From NCBI GenBank assembly GCA_019058445.1, contig JAHPZA010000007.1, forward strand, positions 1 to 64,000: 64,000 bases of DNA, given 5' to 3'. The position numbers and the translations under genes are program-made. Positions 30,716 to 38,742 of this stretch are shown in pieces. Positions within the stretch are counted from its first letter, which is position 1; each line of letters opens with the position of its first letter. The DNA comes from Promethearchaeota archaeon (lineage in GTDB: Archaea > Asgardarchaeota > Lokiarchaeia > Sigyniarchaeales > SOKP01). Below the pieces are notes generated by a model, which searched no databases, was not told the DNA's origin, and was given only the letters and a program-made list of their open reading frames with translations.

Positions 30716-31321
30716 ATGCCAGTAGATCCCGCAACTGCTGTTTATAATTTAATGCAAGCAGATCCTCATATTATTGCCGCAACGGTTATTTCAGGCTCAA
30801 ATGAAATAATTTATACAACAGATAACTGGGATATAAGTGCGGATATAGGCAGAGTCATTTCAAGTTGGGTTGCTCAGAATGCTCAATTTATAATGGTCTC
30901 TGGAGTAAAGTATTCTATGCTACAATGTGAACCGGAAAGACTCGTTGCTACCTCTATCCGTGGTGAGGGAAGTATTGTAGCTGCAAAAGATGATGAGCAT
31001 AAATTAATTGCTTATCTTGAACCGGATGGATATGCCCCTGGAGCTGCTATGGATGTACAGAGAACGATTACTTCAATGAGTTCTAGATCGCACTATATGG
31101 GAGATGATGCTCAATTAGGTAAAAGTATGCCTGCTGCAGCTTCGGCATCTCCAAGCATAGATCCTCAATTAAAAGGGGAAATTGAAGCATTTTTAGAATG
31201 GATCAAAGATACTGATGGACTTTCGGGCTATATAAATTATTATTTGCAGCAAAATAATGCCCAAATAATATCTGAGCTCTCAAAAATTTATAGTGAGTTA
31301 AGGCAGATTTTTGGAGTTTAA
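30716..31321 (+). CDS. Asgard profilin with C-terminal helical extension
   Basis: TDNWDI...GVKY.....ERLVATS..GEG pattern typical of lokiarchaeal profilins. Confidence 0.8.
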   Translation: MPVDPATAVYNLMQADPHIIAATVISGSNEIIYTTDNWDISADIGRVISSWVAQNAQFIMVSGVKYSMLQCEPERLVATSIRGEGSIVAAKDDEHKLIAYLEPDGYAPGAAMDVQRTITSMSSRSHYMGDDAQLGKSMPAAASASPSIDPQLKGEIEAFLEWIKDTDGLSGYINYYLQQNNAQIISELSKIYSELRQIFGV

Positions 31322-31567
31322 CTTTTTTCTTAATTTTATGAAGTTGATATCAATTTAAGACTAGTGTAATTTTGAAGAACCAATGATATATAAGTTCAAT
31401 TAAGCTTTTAATTCCTCTTTGTTAATAGGTAATGCTGTTAGGATTCAAATATTTTATTCATTACTTTGATGCCCGAAAATAACAATTATTAAATAAAATT
31501 TTTTCATTTTTTATTAAATCTTCAATTATATCGATAAGTTTAAAATTTTATTAGCATTTTTGACCAT

Positions 31568-32644
31568 ATGGAAGTTGGCGTTATAGCTGCAAGTGGTTAT
31601 GCCGGTGGAGAGGCTGTTAGGTTACTAAGTTATCATCCTAATGTGGACTTAACATACATAACCTCTCGGAAACTAATCTCTAAATATTTTCATTCAATTT
31701 ATCCAAATTTTCGAAAAATCTCTAATCTGAAATTTGAGGAATATAATGTTGAAAAGGCAAAAGAAAAATGTGATATTGTATTTTTAGCGGTTCCTCATGG
31801 AGTTTCACAAGATATGGTTCCTGGATTATTAGAAGCAGGGTTAAAAGTAATAGATTTAAGTGCGGATTTTCGCTTAAAAGATAAAACAATTTATCAACAC
31901 TATTATAAAAAGGAACATTCTCATCCTGAACTCTTAGATAACGCAGTCTATGGCTTACCTGAATTACATCGTGAAGAGATTAAAAATGCAAATTTAATAG
32001 CAGTGGCAGGATGTCATGCTTCAAGCGCTATTTATGGTCTATATCCCTTAGTTAATGAGAATTTAATTGAAGTAAGTAATATTATAGTTGATTCGAAAAC
32101 CGGATCTTCTGGCTCTGGCGCAGGCTTTAATGAATCAACTCACCATCCGATTAGAGCTAATAGCATTCGACCATATAAGATGACCGGCCATAGACATACT
32201 GCAGAAATAGAACAAGAATTAACATGTATTCTTCAAAAAAATAAAAAACTAAATCAACAAGTTAAAGTGGGATTTTCTGCACATGGCGTCAATTTAGTAC
32301 GAGGAATCTTGTCTACGTCCCATGTTTTTTTTAATGAAACACAAGAAATTGATGAGAAAATATTATTTAAAGCATATAGGATGGCGTATGATAAAGAACC
32401 ATTTATACGATTAATTAATCAAAAAATAGGAACTTTTAGATTACCCGATCCAAAACTAATTAGCGGAACGAACTATTCAGATGTAGGGTTCCAAATTGAT
32501 AAGAGAATGAATCGAATAGTAGTTTTATGTACACTTGATAATTTAGTTAAAGGAACTGCTGGAAATGCTGTTCAATGCATGAATATAATGTGTGGGTTCC
32601 CCGAACGTTCCGGACTTGAATTTCCGGGATTTTTCCCGTTATAA
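31568..32644 (+). CDS. argC: N-acetyl-gamma-glutamyl-phosphate reductase (ArgC/LysY)
   Basis: SGYAG, IDLSADFR, YGLPE, HRHxxEI, DNLVKGTAG. Confidence 0.92.
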   Translation: MEVGVIAASGYAGGEAVRLLSYHPNVDLTYITSRKLISKYFHSIYPNFRKISNLKFEEYNVEKAKEKCDIVFLAVPHGVSQDMVPGLLEAGLKVIDLSADFRLKDKTIYQHYYKKEHSHPELLDNAVYGLPELHREEIKNANLIAVAGCHASSAIYGLYPLVNENLIEVSNIIVDSKTGSSGSGAGFNESTHHPIRANSIRPYKMTGHRHTAEIEQELTCILQKNKKLNQQVKVGFSAHGVNLVRGILSTSHVFFNETQEIDEKILFKAYRMAYDKEPFIRLINQKIGTFRLPDPKLISGTNYSDVGFQIDKRMNRIVVLCTLDNLVKGTAGNAVQCMNIMCGFPERSGLEFPGFFPL

Positions 32645-32712
32645 CTGTTAAAGTTATTCTTATCTTCCCTTAATGTTAACCCTTAAATTTTATATCATTG
32701 AAGTAAGATCCC

Positions 32713-32931
32713 TTACGAGAGAAAAAAGCTCATCAGTATAACAATTAATATTGGAATTAGACATAACAAACCAACACATCCCACGAAACTATTTCTCCAT
32801 TTTACATAATGATTTGGGTCCAAAATTATACCACAATTAGGACATTGCTTGAGTGTAGGATTATTAATTTCTGTATTGCAATTATAACATTCAAAGATAT
32901 CACTTTGATCATTAGGTTTTAGATTTGACAT
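32713..32931 (-). CDS. Zinc-ribbon membrane-anchored small protein
   Basis: CYNC...CPNC plus C-terminal TM helix. Confidence 0.7.
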   Translation of the reverse strand: MSNLKPNDQSDIFECYNCNTEINNPTLKQCPNCGIILDPNHYVKWRNSFVGCVGLLCLIPILIVILMSFFLS

Positions 32932-33039
32932 ATAACAAGAATTCCTAAACTTGATATTTTGGAGTTTATTATTATACTATAATACTTAAATAAAATATAA
33001 TTTTAAAAGAATTGCTAAAAATAGGTATGAAAATTTAAA

Positions 33040-33843
33040 ATGTCCGGATACATCGGTAAAAGTATTAGAATGGAAAGAATTATGAATAGGGAAAACGGAA
33101 AAGCAATTATCATCCCAATGGATCATGGATTAACCGTTGGACCCATCAAGGGAATTGAAAATAATTTGGGGGAATTAGTGAATAAGGTTGCCTTAGGTGG
33201 GGCGAATGCTGTATTAGGTCATATAGGAATTCCATTATATGCGCACAGAGGGTATGGTCCTGATATCGGGTTGATATTACATCTCTCAGGATCAACCTCA
33301 TTAAGTCCAATGTCAAATTATAAAGTGTTAGTAAATAATGTATTAGAGGCCGTTAAATTAGGGGCTGATGGAGTTTCGCTCCATATTAACATAGGGACTC
33401 AAGCTGATCCAGAGATGCTTGAAACTCTAGGCAGCGTTTCAAGAGAATGCAGGGAATATGGAATGCCTCTCTTGGCGATGATGTATCCTAGAGGCGAAAA
33501 TATAAAGGATGAATATGATGTTCAAGTTGTAAAGATTGCTGCGAGGGTTGCTGCCGAATTAGGTGCCGATATTGTAAAAACAAATTGGACGGGAGATCCA
33601 GATTCCTTTAAAGAGGTGGTTAAGGGATGCATGGCTCCGGTTATCATCGCAGGAGGAGAAAAGGCAGGAATAAGAGGGATATTAGAAATCACAAAGCAAT
33701 CAATAGAAGTAGGTGGTGCTGGCGTAGCGTATGGCAGAAACGTTTTTCAAGCCGAAGATCCTACAAAAGTGGTAAAAGCCTTGTATTTAATTGTAAATAA
33801 AAATTATGAGGTAGATGAGGCCTATAGAGAAGCAAAGCTTTAA
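33040..33843 (+). CDS. 2-amino-3,7-dideoxy-D-threo-hept-6-ulosonate synthase / DhnA-type class I aldolase
   Basis: PMDHG, AMMYPRG, GADIVKT, AGG, GRNVFQ. Confidence 0.9.
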   Translation: MSGYIGKSIRMERIMNRENGKAIIIPMDHGLTVGPIKGIENNLGELVNKVALGGANAVLGHIGIPLYAHRGYGPDIGLILHLSGSTSLSPMSNYKVLVNNVLEAVKLGADGVSLHINIGTQADPEMLETLGSVSRECREYGMPLLAMMYPRGENIKDEYDVQVVKIAARVAAELGADIVKTNWTGDPDSFKEVVKGCMAPVIIAGGEKAGIRGILEITKQSIEVGGAGVAYGRNVFQAEDPTKVVKALYLIVNKNYEVDEAYREAKL

Positions 33844-33889
33844 TTTTTTTTTTAGTTTAGTTAATTAAATAAAAAATCTCATCAGAATA

Positions 33890-34252
33890 ATGATACCCCT
33901 AGTAAAAAAAGATATTTTAATTGAGAATTTAAAAATTTATCTGGTCTTATTTAAGTTACATAATAGTTTCCTCTTGTTAATTTCTGATCAAAAAGAGATG
34001 GGCCTTGGAAATGTGACTCTGGGAAGCCCTCCATTGACCGAGGGATTAAAATCAATTTCAGCATCTTATAACTTATTCGGTGTTGATAAAAAATTATTAA
34101 GTACCATAATTTCTGAGAAAGCGTCTCATATTTTGAAAAAACCCGTTTTATTACTCCTTTTCTTAAGAGATAAAATAAAAGAGGAAGAAATTGCAAAATC
34201 CCTTTTGAATTTTTTAATTGAAATTTTGACAGAAATAGTTGAAAAAGATTAA
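33890..34252 (+). CDS. Probable PAC3/PAC4-like proteasome assembly chaperone
   Basis: Size and LGxxxxxxP...L.G...LKKPVLL pattern. Confidence 0.55.
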   Translation: MIPLVKKDILIENLKIYLVLFKLHNSFLLLISDQKEMGLGNVTLGSPPLTEGLKSISASYNLFGVDKKLLSTIISEKASHILKKPVLLLLFLRDKIKEEEIAKSLLNFLIEILTEIVEKD

Positions 34253-34320
34253 AATTAGAGAATTATTATATAAACATATAATATTCCGAGATCGCTGGTT
34301 AATAGTTAAAATCTCTTCAA

Positions 34321-34480
34321 GCAGGGATAACCAAGCCTGGTCAACGGTGCCGGACTCTATTGAGATTTATTCTCATAAGCTGGACTCAAGATCTTTAAAA
34401 ATTAATTTCCGTTGATATACCAACTCTGATGAGATATCCGGTCTCATAGGAGTACGTGGGTTCGAATCCCACTCCCTGCA
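34321..34480 (+). tRNA. tRNA-Leu(CAA) with two introns (32/33: 34356-34385; 37/38: 34391-34435)
   Basis: Long variable arm; BHB central helices CCGG/CTGG and CTCA/TGAG. Confidence 0.9.
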
Positions 34481-34486
34481 TCTAAT

Positions 34487-34604
34487 GCGGGAATTGCCAA
34501 GTCTGGTTAATGGTGTTTTCGAGCTTTTTCGAAAGCCGACTTGAGGCGCTGGACTTAGAATCCAGTCTTGTAGAAGTTCGGGGGTTCAAATCCCTCTTCC
34601 CGCA
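34487..34604 (+). tRNA. tRNA-Leu(TAG) with D-loop intron (21/22: 34511-34543)
   Basis: Cloverleaf after excision; central helix GGTT/GACT with 3-nt bulges. Confidence 0.92.
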
Positions 34605-34776
34605 TAAAAATATTAAAAATGATGAGGGTAATTATTTTCTTGTTTGAAACTCATAATGGAAAATTTTTAATTTCTTAATTGATTTAAACATCTACCTAGC
34701 AAACTAGTTAATTATGATTTTTTTAAAGGAAAAACCTTAGTTAACTATCATTCTAAAATTTGCTGGTATTTACACA

Positions 34777-34881
34777 GCTCTCGTAGTGTAGCTCGGCCAA
34801 AGTCTCCTTGATTCCAAAGGTGACAGCGAGGCATGCTAGGCTTTCACCCTGGTGACCCGGGTTCAAATCCCGGCGAGAGCA
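34777..34881 (+). tRNA. tRNA-Glu(TTC) with D-loop intron (about 34801-34830)
   Basis: Cloverleaf after excision; BHB imperfect so junction approximate. Confidence 0.9.
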
Positions 34882-34917
34882 TCCAACGCTTTATGCGTTT
34901 ATGCATTGGAAAACCAA

Positions 34918-35084
34918 GCCTCCGTAGCTCAGTTAGGTAGAGCACTGAGTATTAATCATGCTCAGCCCGCCCAAAGCACCCGGCTTTCATAATTGATTAC
35001 CAGTATGACCGGAAGTTAACCGGGCGGTCGCATGTTCGATCCATTAGTGATTCGAATTCCGATTCGCTGGATAAGCCGGGGGCG
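34918..35084 (+). tRNA. tRNA-Asn(GTT) with three introns (22/23: 34941-34974; 33/34: 34986-35014; 63/64: 35045-35074)
   Basis: Excision restores a full cloverleaf with G73; central helices CCGG/CCGG and ATCC/GGAT perfect. Confidence 0.9.
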
Positions 35085-35256
35085 TACTTTATTCCCTATT
35101 GCTTTTTATTTTAAAAATTTGATCTTTCCTGCACGACCATCATTTTTTCTTTATATATTTTCAAAATATTCAACAATAAATTTTCTACTTAAAAATAGCA
35201 TAATAACCATTTCAATCGTAAATTTAGAGATTAATTCGATATTAATAGGTGATTCA

Positions 35257-35595
35257 ATGGAAGGAGGAAAGAAAGGATATATAGTACTCTGGATATTCAT
35301 GGGAATAATTTTATTTATAACTATACTTTATCCCATTTTTGGCATAAATTTAAAATATCAGATTGGAACTGCTATAAGCACAACGCTTATAAAATTAGGA
35401 AGCATTTTGATTATGGTAGGGACTATAATCCTTATTTTAGGCTTTATTATGTTATTTATCTCTGGGACAGGTTCAGGAGCGTTAAAACCAATGTTAATCG
35501 GGTTCTTTTTAATAGTTCTGGGAGTAATACTTATTGATCCGATGGGTACAAGCTATTTCACTCAAGGCAGAGAGGCCCCGAAAGGATATCATTAA
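35257..35595 (+). CDS. Small 3-TM membrane protein
   Basis: ATG after GGTGA SD; the longer ORF from 35032 overlaps the tRNA. Confidence 0.75.
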   Translation: MEGGKKGYIVLWIFMGIILFITILYPIFGINLKYQIGTAISTTLIKLGSILIMVGTIILILGFIMLFISGTGSGALKPMLIGFFLIVLGVILIDPMGTSYFTQGREAPKGYH

Positions 35596-35692
35596 TATTA
35601 ATTAGAATTATGTTAATTCTGCCTTGAATAAAAAATAACATAGTGTTTTTTAGAGATAAAAGTCAAATTCCCACATAAAAAATTCAACAAAT

Positions 35693-35926
35693 TCATACTC
35701 TAAAATATCTTAAACCGGTATATAATCCTGTCATCCACACAAGCATTATACCCGAAACAATAAGTAAAACAGCGTAGCGTTTTGCAAAACGTCCTCCAAT
35801 AATCAACAATACAAATCCAGCAATAAGGCCCAAAAAACCTAATAGTGAAGCAAAAGCAATTAAAAATTGAATTGCATCCGCTACTCTTGAAAAATACCCT
35901 GTGTAAATCATTTTAAATTTCCTCAT
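35693..35926 (-). CDS. Small 2-TM membrane protein (VirB2/CedA1 pilin-sized)
   Basis: Two Gly-rich hydrophobic helices joined by a basic loop. Confidence 0.65.
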   Translation of the reverse strand: MRKFKMIYTGYFSRVADAIQFLIAFASLLGFLGLIAGFVLLIIGGRFAKRYAVLLIVSGIMLVWMTGLYTGLRYFRV

Positions 35927-36030
35927 ATTTTAGGGACGCGAAGTATTGTACTTAAGAAGAAGTTAAGTTGAATATATTTAAAAGAAAAATATTGATCTCT
36001 TTTAAGTGATATTTCAAACTAATCTGCTAT

Positions 36031-36828
36031 CTAGTAATATTCGGATAACTTATTATTAACTTTCTCATGAATTTCTCTACAAATATCGGTTTTAATTTCA
36101 TCTGGCACATATTGCATATAAGATTCTACTGTGTGGTTAATAATGGGCTTAATACTGGCCATAAATTTTTCAATTTTGACTTCCTTTGCGAGATATAGTT
36201 TTTCGTAAGTATTTATATAGGACCTATTTAATGTTTTTAGCCAAGTCTGCCCTATAGATTCCAGATTTTTTCTAATTTGAATTGATTTTTTATCATTATA
36301 ATTTTCAAACACCCAATCATATTTTTCAAAAACCTCACTAAAATGATCTAAAATGTAGTCCTGAATTCTTAAACTCAAATCGGTATTCGCATTCAAAAAG
36401 ACGATAATCATGTAATTTTTATCTTGAAAAAATATTTTTATTTTTATGTTAGTACCGCCAATTCCAACATGCCGCAGATTTTCAATTTTTACATTTTCAG
36501 CAAATCCAATCAACGAGCTAAGATACATTGAGATAAAATCTGAAAGATCATCCTGATCTTGATTTAAATATTTTTCAATTGGACCAAATCTATTTCTACT
36601 ATTTCCATCATATTCATATGTTAGTATTGAGATTCCAGCTTTATTAGATAGTATAATACCGATAATTGGGGGGATTTGATTAAAGTTAAATAAAGATAAA
36701 AATGCTCTCCTTGAATTGAGTTCACTTCCAATAAGAAATTTGTCGTAATCATAAGGAATATTAGAACTATTATCAATAACTGGCAAGTTATTTAGAGGTT
36801 TTTCAAACTTATGATCTAATGCTCTCAT
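36031..36828 (-). CDS. Longin/roadblock-like domain protein
   Basis: IIGIILSNKAG.SIL beta-hairpin, helix DFISMYLSSL, three-strand pattern. Confidence 0.6.
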   Translation of the reverse strand: MRALDHKFEKPLNNLPVIDNSSNIPYDYDKFLIGSELNSRRAFLSLFNFNQIPPIIGIILSNKAGISILTYEYDGNSRNRFGPIEKYLNQDQDDLSDFISMYLSSLIGFAENVKIENLRHVGIGGTNIKIKIFFQDKNYMIIVFLNANTDLSLRIQDYILDHFSEVFEKYDWVFENYNDKKSIQIRKNLESIGQTWLKTLNRSYINTYEKLYLAKEVKIEKFMASIKPIINHTVESYMQYVPDEIKTDICREIHEKVNNKLSEYY

Positions 36829-36936
36829 TGTTGATTAATATAAAATACAAAATTCGCTTATAAGAAGAATAGACAGAAAGTTTTGTAATTTGAAAATCCT
36901 ATAATTTTTTCGTGAAATGCGGGTTTCATGAAGATT

Positions 36937-36952
36937 TATATATATCCCGATA
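36937..36952 (-). promoter_or_regulatory. TCG-type BRE/TATA promoter of 36031..36828
   Basis: TATCGGGATATATATA. Confidence 0.5.
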
Positions 36953-37021
36953 TTACCAATTTAAATTATTTTTGTATGAAGAGTCTTTTTTTTTTAAATA
37001 TCTTGGATTTAACAATGATTA

Positions 37022-38557
37022 ATGAGAGCACGTAATAAAACTGTAGTTATGTCAAAGGTTGAAAATTGGATTCAGAAAGGATCAAAATATGTCGAATTAG
37101 GTGATTTCAAAAGTGCTATTGAAATTTTTCAAAAAGGATTAAAAGATGAGCCAGAGAATGAGAAACTTTTACTCAATCTTGGGAATTTATATGATGATAT
37201 AGGGGATTATAATAAAGCAATTGACGTATATAAAAAAATTTTAGGGATGGATGATCAAAATAAAACTGTTTGGTATAATTTAGGAAATTCCTTAAGGAAA
37301 AATAAAGAATTTTACTCTGCTATTAAAGCGTATAAAAGAGTTATTGAAATAGACGTTTACCAATTGAATGCATGGAATAATCTAGGTTGTGTTTATTACG
37401 AGATTGGAGAAAAAGAAAATGCTATTGATATACTCAAAAAAACTTTAAATGTAGATTCAAATTACAAATTAGCCTGGTATAACCTTGCTTGTATATATTC
37501 CCAAATGCGAGAGTATGATAAATCTATTCAAATTTTTAAAAAAGCAATAGAAATTGATCCAGGATACAAAAAGGCATGGGATAAGCTAGAGATTGTTTAT
37601 AAGAGAAAAAATGAATTCACATTTGATTTAAAAAATATAAAAATTCTTAGGGGTGGAGATTGGAAAGTTGAAGGAGATAACAGTATTTTTTATTTTAAAG
37701 TAAAAATAATAAATAACTCACAATATCTTCTTTCTAATATCCAAATAATACTCACTTCAAAACCTAAAGGATTGAAAATAAAACGTGATAGAATTCAAAT
37801 CGAATCACTTAATCCTCATTCATTTATTGCTCCAAGATTTAAATTTAAGGCGAAAGAAAGCTGTGTAGGAGAAATAATAAAGGGAATGACATTATTTATT
37901 GATTATCTTGGAAATAGTCATACAATTGAAATTAAACCATTTAGAATAAAGTATGTATGCAATTTGCTTGTCAAGAAAAAAGTTACCAAAGATGTTTTCT
38001 ATGAAAAAGTATCGAAGATGGATGGCAATAGGATATTATTTGATTGTAAAGGCCAAATTGAAGATATAAATAATATAATTTCAGATATTTTAAAAAAAAA
38101 TAATTTTTATTTATTAAAACAATTACCAGATTATCAAAAAGGAGGTTATAGAAAATTAGAGGGTTTTGCGCAGGGAAAATATGATAATAAAGAGGTAGCA
38201 CTAGCGGTTTATTTAGAACAGAAGTTAAATGAACATACTCAACTAATAATTGATGCAATGAGTGAAGATAAAGCCAAAACAATCGATATTTTAAGAGATA
38301 TAAGCTCGCAATGTAATGAGATAAAGATTAGTACAGAATTAATTAAGGAATACACATCGAAAATAGAGGAAATATTTGAAAGGGTTGACGATCTCGAGTC
38401 TTTTCTGATTAAAAATCTCGGTTCAGATTGGACAAAAGTGAGATATGCTTGGCAAGAATATAAAGAAGGTATAATAGACAAAAAACAATTAATTAAAGAA
38501 TTTATTAAAGTATTAGGCAAAAAATTCATTCTAGCTTTAGTTAAGAAGTTTATCTAG
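37022..38557 (+). CDS. TPR protein with C-terminal beta-sandwich plus alpha/beta platform-like domains
   Basis: About 5 TPRs (W.NLG..Y...A), then a beta-rich region. Confidence 0.8.
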   Translation: MRARNKTVVMSKVENWIQKGSKYVELGDFKSAIEIFQKGLKDEPENEKLLLNLGNLYDDIGDYNKAIDVYKKILGMDDQNKTVWYNLGNSLRKNKEFYSAIKAYKRVIEIDVYQLNAWNNLGCVYYEIGEKENAIDILKKTLNVDSNYKLAWYNLACIYSQMREYDKSIQIFKKAIEIDPGYKKAWDKLEIVYKRKNEFTFDLKNIKILRGGDWKVEGDNSIFYFKVKIINNSQYLLSNIQIILTSKPKGLKIKRDRIQIESLNPHSFIAPRFKFKAKESCVGEIIKGMTLFIDYLGNSHTIEIKPFRIKYVCNLLVKKKVTKDVFYEKVSKMDGNRILFDCKGQIEDINNIISDILKKNNFYLLKQLPDYQKGGYRKLEGFAQGKYDNKEVALAVYLEQKLNEHTQLIIDAMSEDKAKTIDILRDISSQCNEIKISTELIKEYTSKIEEIFERVDDLESFLIKNLGSDWTKVRYAWQEYKEGIIDKKQLIKEFIKVLGKKFILALVKKFI

Positions 38558-38686
38558 ATTTTTTTTTCACTTATATTTTGCCTATTATAGTTTATTTTTA
38601 ATTTAAAGGATAAATCTTCAATCTAATTTTTACTAAACTTAGAACTGAAATTTTTAATGTAGATATTATTCTTTATCTAATACGGA

Positions 38687-38705
38687 TTTTGTCGGAGTTT
38701 TTATA
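38687..38705 (+). promoter_or_regulatory. TCG-type BRE/TATA promoter of the ATPase operon
   Basis: TTTTGTCGGAGTTTTTATA. Confidence 0.55.
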
Positions 38706-38742
38706 TTTAATTCTAAATTATTTTATAAAATTTAGCAGATTA

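Noticed and set aside
35032-35256. N-terminal extension of the 187-aa ORF
   Set aside because: Overlaps tRNA-Asn; the SD supports the ATG at 35257
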